Shown piece after piece: positions 1 to 9,513 of a stretch of DNA of 64,000 bases. The DNA lies in contig JBBIRW010000003.1 of the NCBI GenBank assembly GCA_037441565.1, positions 12,953-76,952 on the forward strand. Reading direction: 5' to 3'. The position numbers and the translations under genes were made by a program. Each line of letters opens with the position of its first letter. The first letter of the stretch is position 1. The notes under the pieces are model-generated. The model saw nothing but the letters and a program-made list of their open reading frames with translations. It was not told where the DNA came from and ran no database searches. This DNA comes from Deltaproteobacteria bacterium (lineage in GTDB: Bacteria > Desulfobacterota > JBBIRW01).

Positions 1-2
1 CA

Positions 3-164
3 AAGGGGTTGCTTGTAGGATGGGTAACAAGGGTTGAAAAAACAGGAGGGATCTTCCAGAAAATAGAGGTCTCCCCTTCTGCTCAATTAAAAAGCCTCGA
101 AGAGGTATTGGTGATAAAAACGCAGCCTGAGTTATTAAAAGACAAAAACTATATTGAGGAATGA
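3..164 (+). CDS. mreC: rod shape-determining protein MreC, C-terminal fragment (gene begins upstream of the window)
   Basis: Frame-3 translation ...KGLLVGWVTRVEKTGGIFQKIEVSPSAQLKSLEEVLVIK... has no in-frame stop until TGA at 162-164, which overlaps the mreD ATG (ATGA). The position immediately upstream of mreD-mrdA-rodA fits the canonical mreBCD order. Confidence 0.6.
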   Translation, partial: KGLLVGWVTRVEKTGGIFQKIEVSPSAQLKSLEEVLVIKTQPELLKDKNYIEE

Positions 165-658
165 AGAAAATCTCGCTCAATGCATTGGTTGCACTTTTTG
201 TGATTCTCATACAGAGTACTATTATTTCGCGCATCGATATCTCAAATCTTAAACCAGATATAACGGTTATCCTTATTGTATTCCTTGGCTTCAATGTTGG
301 TTTTAACCATGGTATGATCCTTTCCTTCCTATCGGGTTATCTGATGGATCTTCTTTCCGGTAGTCCATCAGGCTTCTTTTCCCTGATAAAAACCGCTGGA
401 TTCCTCCAAAGCTACCTCATCCGCAGAAAGGTGGTAACGGGTGGAAGCCTTTTCTTCTTCATCGTTGTGGGATTGATAAGTCTCCTTGAAGGGATAGAGT
501 CTATTATTCTTATCATACTTCTTGGAATCGATCGGTCCATTGTTTACCAGATATGGGAAAATCTCATATCTTATGCATCACTAAATGTTATCTCTGCTGT
601 ATTTCTTCAGACAATCATTCAAAGATTCAGGAAGCCTTCCCTTCAGGAAGGGGTATAG
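161..658 (+). CDS. mreD: rod shape-determining protein MreD (polytopic membrane protein)
   Basis: 165-aa hydrophobic multi-TM protein directly preceding PBP2, with the start overlapping the mreC stop. Size and context are typical of MreD. Confidence 0.75.
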   Translation: MKKISLNALVALFVILIQSTIISRIDISNLKPDITVILIVFLGFNVGFNHGMILSFLSGYLMDLLSGSPSGFFSLIKTAGFLQSYLIRRKVVTGGSLFFFIVVGLISLLEGIESIILIILLGIDRSIVYQIWENLISYASLNVISAVFLQTIIQRFRKPSLQEGV

Positions 659-2512
659 ATGATACCAGGCTCAGAAATCTATTCCGATTATAAGGAGGAT
701 CCCGACGAGTTTTTAACGAGAACGAGGATAACCGTTTCCCTCGTTCTCATCATATTTCTGATCCTGATTGGCAGATTATTCTATCTCCAGATCCTCAAGG
801 GTGAATATTATAGACACCTTTCGGAAAATAACCGTATAAGGGTTTACAGGATTCAAGCCCCAAGGGGACTGATCAAGGACAGGGAGGGAAGGATAATAGC
901 ATCCAACAGACCATCCTTTGATCTCGTTTTCATGCCCTCTGAGATAAGGAATCCACGCGCCGCTGCGAAGATTCTCTCGCCCGTTATAAATATGAAAGAA
1001 GAAGAGATAGAGTCAATAATTGAGGAAGCAAAAGAAGAAGCATCTTTCCGTATCACAAGGCTCAAGAGGGATATTACAATGAACGAGGTATCATTTGTCG
1101 AATCAAACAGGCTTGATCTTCCCGGATTCTTCATCGTTTCACAAACAGTGAGAAACTACCCGTATCTTACGGTTCTTTCCCATCTTACTGGATACATTTC
1201 AGAAATTACAAAGAAGGAGCTTCAATCAGAAGAATATTCAGGATACAAGATGGGGGATTTTATCGGGAAATACGGCATTGAAAGGATATGGGATAAAACA
1301 TTGAGAGGGATAGATGGGGGGAGACAGGTTGAGGTTGATGCCTTTGGAAGGGAAATAAGTCCCATAAAGGAAGTTGAACCCATACCGGGTCATGATTTAA
1401 AAACCACCGTAGATCTTGATCTGCAGATAGTTGCAGAGGAGGCGATGCAGGGGAAAAACGGGGCAGTTATTGCCATGGACCCCAGGAATGGTGAAATCCT
1501 TGTTATGCTAAGTCACCCGGCTTTTGATCCCAATGAATTTATCGCTGGCATAAGCAGGGAGAAATGGCTGAATATTATTGAAAACCCTGACAAACCTCTT
1601 ATGAACAGATGCATTCAGGGTATTTACCCCCCTGGATCAACATTCAAGCTGGTAACAGCAATTGCTGGACTTGAGGAGGGTGTTATAATGCCTGATACAA
1701 TCCTTTATTGCCCTGGATATTATCCCTTTGGAAATAGAAACTTTAAATGCTGGAAGGAGAAGGGGCATGGAAGTGTTAATCTTCATCGCGCAATAGTGGA
1801 ATCATGTGATGTCTACTTCTATCAGGTAGGGCTCAGGACTGGCGTGGATACACTTTCCCATTACGCAAGGATGCTGGGTCTGGGTGTGCAAACAGGCATA
1901 GGGCTTCTTAATGAAAAGGATGGTATTATCCCATCTTCATCATGGAAGAGGCTTGTTCTCGGAGAAGATTGGTTTGAGGGAGAAACACTTTCTGTTGCAA
2001 TAGGGCAGGGTTACACAAGTATAACCCCGATTCAGCTTCTTACCCTTGTTTCCGCTATAGCCAACGGTGGAAAGGTATACATGCCAATCATCGTGAGTGA
2101 AATAGTTAGCAGGGAGGGTTTTCTATTGCAGAAATACCTCCCGACCATTGTAAGGGAACTCGATATAAATCCATCAACACTCGAGATCATAAGGGATGCT
2201 ATGTATGGTGTGGTTAATCAGCCCCATGGAACAGGATGGTCAGCAAGGCTTCCTGATGTTGAGGTAGGAGGGAAAACAGGAACAGCACAGGTAATAAGCT
2301 ATGATTCAAGGAGAAATGGTGGAACAAAATTAGACGATCATGCCTGGTTTATATCCTTTGCTCCTGTAAAGGGTCCTGAATTAGCTATTGTGGTTCTTGT
2401 TGAGCATGGAGGTCATGGTGCAACAGCAGCAGCACCAATTGCCCGAAAAATATTAAGTGCATATTTTGAAAAGAAAAAGAGGGCACAGAATGATAAATCA
2501 AAAGGGTCTTAG
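659..2512 (+). CDS. mrdA: peptidoglycan D,D-transpeptidase MrdA (penicillin-binding protein 2)
   Basis: N-terminal TM segment plus the transpeptidase motifs SxxK (GSTFKLVTA), SxN (ESCD...) and KTG (GKTGTAQ). Lies between mreD and rodA. Confidence 0.93.
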   Translation: MIPGSEIYSDYKEDPDEFLTRTRITVSLVLIIFLILIGRLFYLQILKGEYYRHLSENNRIRVYRIQAPRGLIKDREGRIIASNRPSFDLVFMPSEIRNPRAAAKILSPVINMKEEEIESIIEEAKEEASFRITRLKRDITMNEVSFVESNRLDLPGFFIVSQTVRNYPYLTVLSHLTGYISEITKKELQSEEYSGYKMGDFIGKYGIERIWDKTLRGIDGGRQVEVDAFGREISPIKEVEPIPGHDLKTTVDLDLQIVAEEAMQGKNGAVIAMDPRNGEILVMLSHPAFDPNEFIAGISREKWLNIIENPDKPLMNRCIQGIYPPGSTFKLVTAIAGLEEGVIMPDTILYCPGYYPFGNRNFKCWKEKGHGSVNLHRAIVESCDVYFYQVGLRTGVDTLSHYARMLGLGVQTGIGLLNEKDGIIPSSSWKRLVLGEDWFEGETLSVAIGQGYTSITPIQLLTLVSAIANGGKVYMPIIVSEIVSREGFLLQKYLPTIVRELDINPSTLEIIRDAMYGVVNQPHGTGWSARLPDVEVGGKTGTAQVISYDSRRNGGTKLDDHAWFISFAPVKGPELAIVVLVEHGGHGATAAAPIARKILSAYFEKKKRAQNDKSKGS

Positions 2513-3590
2513 GAACTTTGACTTCTTCCTTTTCTTTCTCACTTTGATACTGCTTCTGGCAGGACTTATAAACCTCTACAGTGCCACATTCAATCAATCA
2601 TCTGGAGGAGCATCTTCTATATTTTACAGACAGATCTACTGGACTGCATTAGGGATTCTAACCCTTCTGATCTTTGCATTCTTTGATTACCATTCTTTTG
2701 AGAACTATTCATATCATCTCTATGTACTTTCCATTGCCCTCCTTCTGCTTGTACTCATAGGAGGTAAAACAGTGGGTGGTGCGAAGAGATGGATCGGATT
2801 CGGCTCATTTACCATACAGCCATCTGAATTTGCAAAGCTGTGTCTGATCTTTGCCCTTTGCCGCTACTTCTCGCATAACCCAATCCCGGATGGTTACGGC
2901 CTATTCCAGATAATAATACCTATTGCAATATCCTCAATACCTGCAATTCTCATACTTTTTGAACCGGATCTCGGAACATCTGCCCTGTTGATGATAATGG
3001 CCTTCTCACTATTTGTTTATGCTGGCCTGCGTTTATATGCACTTTTATTTATGGTAATAGCCGGGGTTCTATCTACCCCTGTGCTCTGGGAATTTCTGAA
3101 GGATTATCAGAAGAAAAGGATCATCTACTTTCTTAACCCTGAATTGGACCCACTTGGTTCGGGATACCATCTGCTTCAATCCAAGATTGCCATAGGTTCG
3201 GGAAAACTTATCGGCAAGGGATTTCTGGAAGGCAAACAGGGGCAGCTTCACTTCCTACCAGAGGGGCATACGGATTTTATATTTTCTGTTTTTGCGGAGG
3301 AATGGGGATTTATAGGTGCTGTTGTGCTTCTTATTGCATTGGCTATGATAATTATTAAGGGGTTCCTTATTGCGGGAAATGCAAGGGATAGATTCGGAAC
3401 CTATGTAGCTGCATCAATTTCCTTTTATCTTCTCTGGCATACAGCTATCAACGTTGCTATGGTAACAGGCCTGATCCCTGTTGTGGGAATCCCCATGCCA
3501 TTTATGAGCTACGGTGGCTCTTTCCTATTTACAACAATGACATCCATAGGGATACTGATCAATATAAGCATGAAAAGAAATATCTTCTGA
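2490..3590 (+). CDS. rodA: peptidoglycan glycosyltransferase RodA (SEDS family, FtsW/RodA/SpoVE)
   Basis: Ten-TM SEDS-type protein with conserved C-terminal ...GIPMPFMSYGGSFLF. The start is set at ATG 2490 (MINQKGL), which has an AGAGGG RBS 7 nt upstream; the track ORF from 2457 would overlap mrdA. Confidence 0.9.
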   Translation: MINQKGLRNFDFFLFFLTLILLLAGLINLYSATFNQSSGGASSIFYRQIYWTALGILTLLIFAFFDYHSFENYSYHLYVLSIALLLLVLIGGKTVGGAKRWIGFGSFTIQPSEFAKLCLIFALCRYFSHNPIPDGYGLFQIIIPIAISSIPAILILFEPDLGTSALLMIMAFSLFVYAGLRLYALLFMVIAGVLSTPVLWEFLKDYQKKRIIYFLNPELDPLGSGYHLLQSKIAIGSGKLIGKGFLEGKQGQLHFLPEGHTDFIFSVFAEEWGFIGAVVLLIALAMIIIKGFLIAGNARDRFGTYVAASISFYLLWHTAINVAMVTGLIPVVGIPMPFMSYGGSFLFTTMTSIGILINISMKRNIF

Positions 3591-3592
3591 TA

Positions 3593-4075
3593 TCACTCCT
3601 TCAACTTCCTGGACTTTGATAAACCCTCGGAGAGATTGATCTTTGTGTCCTCCTTCTTGGTGGATAGCACAACAGATGTAAGGGTCCTTGTAACACCATC
3701 AATTGATCTTATTGCCCTTATAAGTTGCTCAAGGGTGGATGTATCCTTCGTCTTCACCTTCAGGAAAAGTGTATGTTCACCTGTTACGTGATGGCATTCA
3801 AGGATATCATCAAATTTCTCTATGGAGGTTTCGAAATTCTCAATATACTGCGGATGTATAATTGAGACCCCTATAAATGCGGTTATATCCCTGCCTACCT
3901 TTTTTGCATCAAGGATAGCCGTGAACTTCTTTATGATCCCTTTTTCCTCTAATTTTTTTACCCTTTCAAGAACCGATGGCGGGGAAAGTTTGACCTTTGC
4001 TGCAATATCAGAGAGGGGCTTTCTGCCATTTTCCTGAAGCATCTCAAGGATTTTAATATCTATCTCATCAAGCAT
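3593..4075 (-). CDS. Lrp/AsnC family transcriptional regulator
   Basis: Contains an HTH_AsnC N-terminus (ILEMLQENGRKPLSDIAAKVKLSPPSVLERVKKLEEKGIIKKF) and a C-terminal RAM domain. The start is trimmed to ATG 4075 (MLDEIDIK), preceded by a GGTGGAGGG RBS; the longer ORF to 4189 has no RBS. Confidence 0.85.
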   Translation of the reverse strand: MLDEIDIKILEMLQENGRKPLSDIAAKVKLSPPSVLERVKKLEEKGIIKKFTAILDAKKVGRDITAFIGVSIIHPQYIENFETSIEKFDDILECHHVTGEHTLFLKVKTKDTSTLEQLIRAIRSIDGVTRTLTSVVLSTKKEDTKINLSEGLSKSRKLKE

Positions 4076-4182
4076 ATACCCTCCACCTAATTTTATTAGG
4101 ATCTTGTGATCCCCTCTTTGCTTATAAGGGGTTTCCACTCCTATGTCAAGATAAATCTTGAGGGACTGGAAGAGTATAGTTC

Positions 4183-4210
4183 TTGACACATTGAAAAAAG
4201 GGGATATATT
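4183..4210 (+). promoter_or_regulatory. sigma-70-type promoter for gmhA (TTGACA-N16-TATATT)
   Basis: TTGACA at 4183-4188, a 16-nt spacer and TATATT at 4205-4210 give near-consensus hexamers. The -10 ends only about 10 nt before the gmhA ATG at 4220, implying a very short or leaderless 5'UTR. Confidence 0.5.
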
Positions 4211-4219
4211 TGTATATCA

Positions 4220-4810
4220 ATGGATCAAGAGGCAATTGAGCGAAGGATTTTGGAAAGTTTCTATGAGGGTGCAGAGCTGAAGAAGAGATTTGTGGATAGT
4301 AATGCATCCCTTATATTTGAGATATCTTCACTCATTGCAAATGCGATAAAAAATGGGAAAAAGATTATGCTTTTTGGTAATGGAGGAAGTGCCTCTGATG
4401 CCCAGCATATAGCCTCGGAATTTGTTAACCGATTCCTTATTGACAGACCACCGCTTCCTGCCATGGCCCTCACAACCGATACATCCATTCTGACAAGTAT
4501 TGGCAATGACTACAGATTTGAAGAGATCTTCTCCCGCCAGATCCGCGCGGTTGGGAAGGAAGGGGATGTTGCTATTGCCATATCAACAAGTGGTAATTCG
4601 AAGAATGTTATTGAGGCAGTGAAGATGGCAAAGTCAATGAAAATAAAAACTGTTGCGCTCACAGGAAAGGATGGTGGTCTTCTGGCAAAAATTGCGGACT
4701 ACTGCCTTCTTGTGGACTCATTTGAAACCCCGAGAATTCAAGAAATACATATCACTATTGGACATGTAATCTGCGATATAGTTGAAAGCATCCTCTTTAC
4801 AAATTTATGA
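4220..4810 (+). CDS. gmhA: D-sedoheptulose-7-phosphate isomerase (SIS domain, GmhA/DiaA family)
   Basis: SIS-domain protein of 196 aa carrying the GmhA-like motifs ...MLFGNGGSASDAQHIASEF... and ...AISTSGNS.... Confidence 0.85.
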   Translation: MDQEAIERRILESFYEGAELKKRFVDSNASLIFEISSLIANAIKNGKKIMLFGNGGSASDAQHIASEFVNRFLIDRPPLPAMALTTDTSILTSIGNDYRFEEIFSRQIRAVGKEGDVAIAISTSGNSKNVIEAVKMAKSMKIKTVALTGKDGGLLAKIADYCLLVDSFETPRIQEIHITIGHVICDIVESILFTNL

Positions 4811-5475
4811 AAAAGGGTAAGGAAAAAAAGATTATTTCAATATACGAGGGAATGCTGCATCATTTCGGACCCCGGGGATGGTGGCCTGCAGAAACGTCTT
4901 TTGAGGTAATAATAGGTGCGATTCTGACACAGAATACCAGCTGGTCAAATGTGGAGAAAGCAATCAAGAACATGAAAGAAAACAACTGCCTTGATCCGCA
5001 TGCACTCTTAATGATGGATGAGCGATTGCTTTCCCAAATCATAAAACCATCCGGTTTTTATAAGATCAAGGCCTCAAGGATAAAGGAGTTCATCAATTAT
5101 CTCTTCAAAAGACATAATGGTGATATAAGCCGTATGTTTACAATGGATCCAGATTCTTTAAGAAAGGAGCTCCTCTCAATAAGGGGGATAGGTCCTGAAA
5201 CAGCAGATAGTATACTTCTCTATGCAGGAGGCATGCCCTTCTTTGTTGTAGATTCATATACAAAAAGAATACTATCAAGGCATGGCGCCGTGGAAATGAA
5301 TGCTTCATATGACAGGATACAGTCATTTTTCCATAAAAATCTGCCTCGTGACTCCAGACTTTTTAATGAATTTCATGCACTCTTTGTTGCCACAGGAAAG
5401 TATTACTGCAGGAAGAATCCCAGCTGTGATCCGTGCCCTCTTAATAAAAGGGCGCTTTGGGGATGGAGGATATGA
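4807..5475 (+). CDS. HhH-GPD superfamily DNA glycosylase (endonuclease III-related, non-FeS-cluster type)
   Basis: Helix-hairpin-helix GPD motif (LLSIRGIGPETADSILLYAGGMPFFVVDSY) and an endonuclease III-like fold. The start overlaps the gmhA stop (ATGA). Confidence 0.75.
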   Translation: MKKGKEKKIISIYEGMLHHFGPRGWWPAETSFEVIIGAILTQNTSWSNVEKAIKNMKENNCLDPHALLMMDERLLSQIIKPSGFYKIKASRIKEFINYLFKRHNGDISRMFTMDPDSLRKELLSIRGIGPETADSILLYAGGMPFFVVDSYTKRILSRHGAVEMNASYDRIQSFFHKNLPRDSRLFNEFHALFVATGKYYCRKNPSCDPCPLNKRALWGWRI

Positions 5476-5516
5476 TCTTCAAAAAGTATAATTGAAGGAA
5501 GAGGGAGGTAACATAT

Positions 5517-6326
5517 ATGTTGATGAAGGAAAGGTTTATAACACTTCTTACAGATTTTGGAACAAAGGATCCATATACTGCATCACTCAAGGGTGCAATC
5601 CTTACAATCAATCCAAAAGTGGATATAATCGATATAACCCATGACATCCCTCCTCAGGACATCTTTGAGGCAGCATTCATACTTAAATGCACATATAAAT
5701 TCTTTCCAAGGGATACAATACACATTGCAGTTGTTGATCCCGGAGTTGGTGGAAGCAGAAAACCTATCCTTGTTAAAACAAGGGATTATATGTTTGTTGG
5801 CCCGGACAACGGCATCTTCAGTTTTATACTTGAGGAAGAAGAGGAGAAATATATATATCATCTGAATAACAAAAAATATCATCTCCCCGTGATAAGTGAC
5901 ACATTTCACGGAAGAGATATTTTCGCACCTGTTGCAGCCCATCTTTCACTTGGAGTTAATCCAGAAAAGGTTGGTGAGCTTATAGAAACAGCCTTCATTC
6001 TTGATATACCAAAACCTGAGATTAAAAAAGGGAAAATATGTGGAACGATCATACATGTTGACCGTTTCGGAAATCTCATAACAAACATTTCGGCGCATCT
6101 ATTCAGTAATTTTGTTGGAAATAATCCATTTGAAATAGAACTTGCACAAAGAACTATAAAGAAGGTAAACCGGGCTTATTCGGAATCCAATCCTGGTGAA
6201 CTGCTTGCAATATTTGGAAGTGCAGGTTTCCTTGAGATATCCATAAATCTCGGAAACTGCTCCAGGGAGCTTTCACTCGGCAAAGGTGATAAAATATCAG
6301 TAAGGGTCCACAGACTCGTTGGTTGA
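5517..6326 (+). CDS. S-adenosyl-L-methionine hydroxide adenosyltransferase (DUF62; SalL/FlA-like chlorinase/fluorinase fold)
   Basis: DUF62 signature N-terminus (ITLLTDFGTKDPYTASLKGAIL...IIDITHDIPPQDI...VVDPGVGG) and a protein of about 270 aa. Confidence 0.8.
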   Translation: MLMKERFITLLTDFGTKDPYTASLKGAILTINPKVDIIDITHDIPPQDIFEAAFILKCTYKFFPRDTIHIAVVDPGVGGSRKPILVKTRDYMFVGPDNGIFSFILEEEEEKYIYHLNNKKYHLPVISDTFHGRDIFAPVAAHLSLGVNPEKVGELIETAFILDIPKPEIKKGKICGTIIHVDRFGNLITNISAHLFSNFVGNNPFEIELAQRTIKKVNRAYSESNPGELLAIFGSAGFLEISINLGNCSRELSLGKGDKISVRVHRLVG

Positions 6327-6328
6327 TC

Positions 6329-8314
6329 ATGAAAAGATATACCATAAAGCCCGCTATTGAGAAAAAACCCTTCAGAATAGATTACGAAAAGGAGCTAAAC
6401 CCTCAACAGCTTGAAGTAGTAATGGCGCCATCCGGTCCTATTCTCGTAATAGCGGGGGCAGGAAGTGGAAAGACAAGGGTTGTCACCTTCAGGGTTGCGA
6501 GGTTAATTGAATCAGGTGTTGACCCTTCAAGAATACTCCTCCTCACATTTACAAACAAGGCTGCAAAAGAAATGCTTCACCGTGTTGAACATCTCCTCAG
6601 TATAGACACGAGGAGCATATGGGGAGGAACTTTTCATCACACAGGAAATTTAATATTACGAAGGCATTCAGAAATTCTTGGGTTCAAATCAAACTTCACA
6701 ATACTGGACTCAGAAGATTCAAAGGAATTACTTGAAACATGTATAGCGGAACTTGGCATTGAGACAAAGAAGAAGAGATTTCCAAAAGGTGAAGTCCTCA
6801 GGGACATTTCGGGATTAAGCATAAACAGGGAAAAGAGCATTGAGGAGATATTTGATGAGAGATACCCTTATTTCCTTGACCTCCATGAAGAGATACAGAG
6901 TGTGCTTACATTTTACAAAAAGAAAAAATTTCAGATGAATGCCATGGATTTTGATGACCTTTTGCTTTACTGGAGACATTTGCTTGAAAATCACCCAGAT
7001 ATACTTAATTATTATGCAAACAGATTCCTTCATATCCTTGTTGATGAGTATCAGGATACAAACAAATTGCAAGCAGATATTGTTGATCTTCTCGCTTCCA
7101 CCCATAGGAATCTAATGGTTGTTGGAGATGATTCCCAGTCTATTTATTCATTCAGGGGCGCACATTTTTCAAATATAATTGATTTCCCTTCAAGATACCC
7201 TGACTGCAAGATTTTCAAACTTGAAATAAATTACAGGAGCACACCCCAGATACTCTCCCTTGCAAACTCATCCATCTCAAACAACAAAAGGCAGTTTAAG
7301 AAGAGGCTCGTTTCGGTCAGGAAAGACGGACCCCTTCCTGCCATAGTTTCCCTGAGGGATCCATCACTTCAAGCAGAGTTCGTTGCCCAGAGAATACTTG
7401 AATTGAGAGAAAATGGTATACCATTCAATGAGATCGCTGTCCTTTACAGGGCACATTACCAATCTATGGAATTGCAAATGGAGCTTACCAGGAGGGGTAT
7501 TCCATATGAGGTGAGATCAGGAATCAGGTTTTTTGAACAGGCACACATCAAGGACATAGTATCCTTCCTGCGCTTCATTCTCAACCCCCATGATGAACTC
7601 TCTTTTAAAAGGATCCTGAAGATCTATCCTGGTTTAGGTCCTTCAACTGCGGAGAGGCTCTGGAATCTCTGTGTCTCTTCCAACAATCCTATTGAGGCGC
7701 TGAAAAGTAATGATTCAAAAAAAATAATTCCAAAAATGGGGATCGATGGATACAGGGATTTTCTTGAAACGATCGATAAATTAACAAAATGTGATATAAA
7801 TTCTGAGCCTTCCCCTCTGATAGAGATCATACTCGAAGGTGGATACATTGATTACCTGATCAGCCGTTATCCAAATGCAGAGTCCCGCCTCGAGGATATC
7901 GAGCAGCTTTCACTTTTTGCAAAGAAATTCAAAAATCTTGAATCTCTCCTTAGCGAGCTTTCACTGATGAGTGCTGTTGCTGCTGAGGATATAGCAGAAT
8001 CTGAGGCAGAGGATGAAAGGGTAGTGCTCAGCTCCATCCATCAGGCAAAAGGGCTGGAATGGGGAGTCGTATTTATCATATATCTTGCTGAGGGCAGGAT
8101 GCCATCTGCAAAAGGACTTCGTGATCCCGAGGGTGAAGAGGAAGAGAGAAGACTCTTCTATGTTGGAACAACAAGGGCAAAGGATGAGCTTTATCTCTGT
8201 TATCCACTGATGGGAAATAGCTGGGAAAGAGGTGGCCTCCTTCTGAAGCCATCGAGATTTATCCAGGAGCTCCCTGAGAACGTTTACGAGGAGTGGATTG
8301 TGGAGGAAAAATGA
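6329..8314 (+). CDS. UvrD/PcrA/Rep-family ATP-dependent DNA helicase
   Basis: Walker A (AGAGSGKTRVVTFRV) and SF1 helicase motifs (LVDEYQDTN, VGDDSQSIYSFRGA, and Q/R motifs in the 2A domain), 662 aa. The ATG at 6329 is preferred over the TTG at 6323 reported by the track. Confidence 0.88.
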   Translation: MKRYTIKPAIEKKPFRIDYEKELNPQQLEVVMAPSGPILVIAGAGSGKTRVVTFRVARLIESGVDPSRILLLTFTNKAAKEMLHRVEHLLSIDTRSIWGGTFHHTGNLILRRHSEILGFKSNFTILDSEDSKELLETCIAELGIETKKKRFPKGEVLRDISGLSINREKSIEEIFDERYPYFLDLHEEIQSVLTFYKKKKFQMNAMDFDDLLLYWRHLLENHPDILNYYANRFLHILVDEYQDTNKLQADIVDLLASTHRNLMVVGDDSQSIYSFRGAHFSNIIDFPSRYPDCKIFKLEINYRSTPQILSLANSSISNNKRQFKKRLVSVRKDGPLPAIVSLRDPSLQAEFVAQRILELRENGIPFNEIAVLYRAHYQSMELQMELTRRGIPYEVRSGIRFFEQAHIKDIVSFLRFILNPHDELSFKRILKIYPGLGPSTAERLWNLCVSSNNPIEALKSNDSKKIIPKMGIDGYRDFLETIDKLTKCDINSEPSPLIEIILEGGYIDYLISRYPNAESRLEDIEQLSLFAKKFKNLESLLSELSLMSAVAAEDIAESEAEDERVVLSSIHQAKGLEWGVVFIIYLAEGRMPSAKGLRDPEGEEEERRLFYVGTTRAKDELYLCYPLMGNSWERGGLLLKPSRFIQELPENVYEEWIVEEK

Positions 8315-9513
8315 TCTCTTTCGAACTCCTTGCAGAAAGGGTGATTAAAAAAATTGATGAAATAAAGAGTAACATCATAGAACTCAGTCATTATATACAT
8401 TCAAATCCAGAGATTGCATGGGAAGAGGTCAAGTCATCAAAAAGGATTTTAGAAATCTTGAAGAGTTTTTCCTTTGAGATAGATCATGTACCGCCCTCCA
8501 CTCCAACAGCTGTTGTAGCGAGAAAAACAAAAACTCCATCACTATCTGTTGCATTTATCGCTGAATACGATGCCCTTCCAAAAATTGGACATGGATGCGG
8601 ACATAACATTATTGCGGCAAGCAGTGTGGGGGCTGCAGTAGGTATTTCGGATATAATCGATCAAATAAATGGATCCATCTATATTATCGGCACACCAGCA
8701 GAGGAAGGCGGCGGAGGAAAAATCCACCTCCTGAAGGAGGGCATCTTTGATGGGATTGATGTTGCAATGATGATCCATCCTTCAAACAGGACGCAGATTG
8801 TTAAAAGAACACTTGCTGTAAAGGAGGTTACCTTCAAATTTTACGGAAGATCATCACATGCATCAGCAACACCCTTTTTAGGTATCAATGCACTGGATGC
8901 TGTTATCCAGACCTTCAATGCTGTTAATGCCTTAAGGCAGCAACTCCGTCCTGATGCAAGGGTTCATGGCATAATACTGGATGGAGGCGTAAGACCAAAT
9001 ATCATCCCTGATTTTGCATCATGCCAGTTTCTTGTAAGGGCTATTGATCTCGATTATTTATATGAAATTCTTGAAAAGGTGAAGAACTGTGCGCATGGAG
9101 CAGCACTTTCAACGGGGGCGAGGCTTGAGGTGGATATCTCGGAAAGGGTTTATGAGCCATTCCTTCCAAATTATGAACTATCGGGTTTATTCAGGAAGCA
9201 TCTTAAATCATTGGGTGTTGTCCCGGATGAGGAAGACGAGATGAAAAATCTCGGATCATCCGATATTGGAAATATAAGCAGGCGCCTTCCAACCCTCCAT
9301 GCCTATATAGCTATTTGTGACAGAAACATTCCCCTCCACTCTTCCACCTTTGCAGATATGAGTAAATCCCCACGGGCTGATGAAGTATGTTTAATTGCAG
9401 CAAAGGCGCTTGCACTAACAGCACTTGAAATTATTATATCGCCGGATATTTTAAAAAGGATTAAGGAAGAATTTAGAAGATCCTCCTCCCGGGGACAATC
9501 TTACCAAGGATAA
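8311..9513 (+). CDS. M20D-family amidohydrolase/peptidase (HipO/AbgA-like)
   Basis: M20 metal-binding region (GHGCGHN...GTPAEEGGGGK...H) is present. The start is set at ATG 8311 (MISFELL), which has a GGAGGA RBS and an ATGA overlap with the helicase stop. Confidence 0.8.
   Translation: MISFELLAERVIKKIDEIKSNIIELSHYIHSNPEIAWEEVKSSKRILEILKSFSFEIDHVPPSTPTAVVARKTKTPSLSVAFIAEYDALPKIGHGCGHNIIAASSVGAAVGISDIIDQINGSIYIIGTPAEEGGGGKIHLLKEGIFDGIDVAMMIHPSNRTQIVKRTLAVKEVTFKFYGRSSHASATPFLGINALDAVIQTFNAVNALRQQLRPDARVHGIILDGGVRPNIIPDFASCQFLVRAIDLDYLYEILEKVKNCAHGAALSTGARLEVDISERVYEPFLPNYELSGLFRKHLKSLGVVPDEEDEMKNLGSSDIGNISRRLPTLHAYIAICDRNIPLHSSTFADMSKSPRADEVCLIAAKALALTALEIIISPDILKRIKEEFRRSSSRGQSYQG

Noticed and set aside
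853-1134. Antisense ORFs listed in the six-frame track (e.g. 853-1134, 16842-17483, 22849-23235, 27546-27983, 27943-28452, 35846-36112, 48713-49135)
   Set aside because: Each lies entirely inside and opposite to (or out of frame with) a well-supported conserved gene. Their translations are low-complexity (S/L/I/F-rich) with no recognisable motifs. They are typical shadow ORFs.
2457-2489. N-terminal extensions of track ORFs (rodA from 2457, AsnC from 4189, nagZ from 22363, MAT from 48751, B12-rSAM from 50303, M20 from 8293)
   Set aside because: The extended starts lack an RBS and overlap upstream genes. Internal ATGs with good RBSs (AGAGGG, GGTGGAGGG, AGGA, GGAGAGGGG, GGAGGA) align with the conserved N-termini of the respective families.
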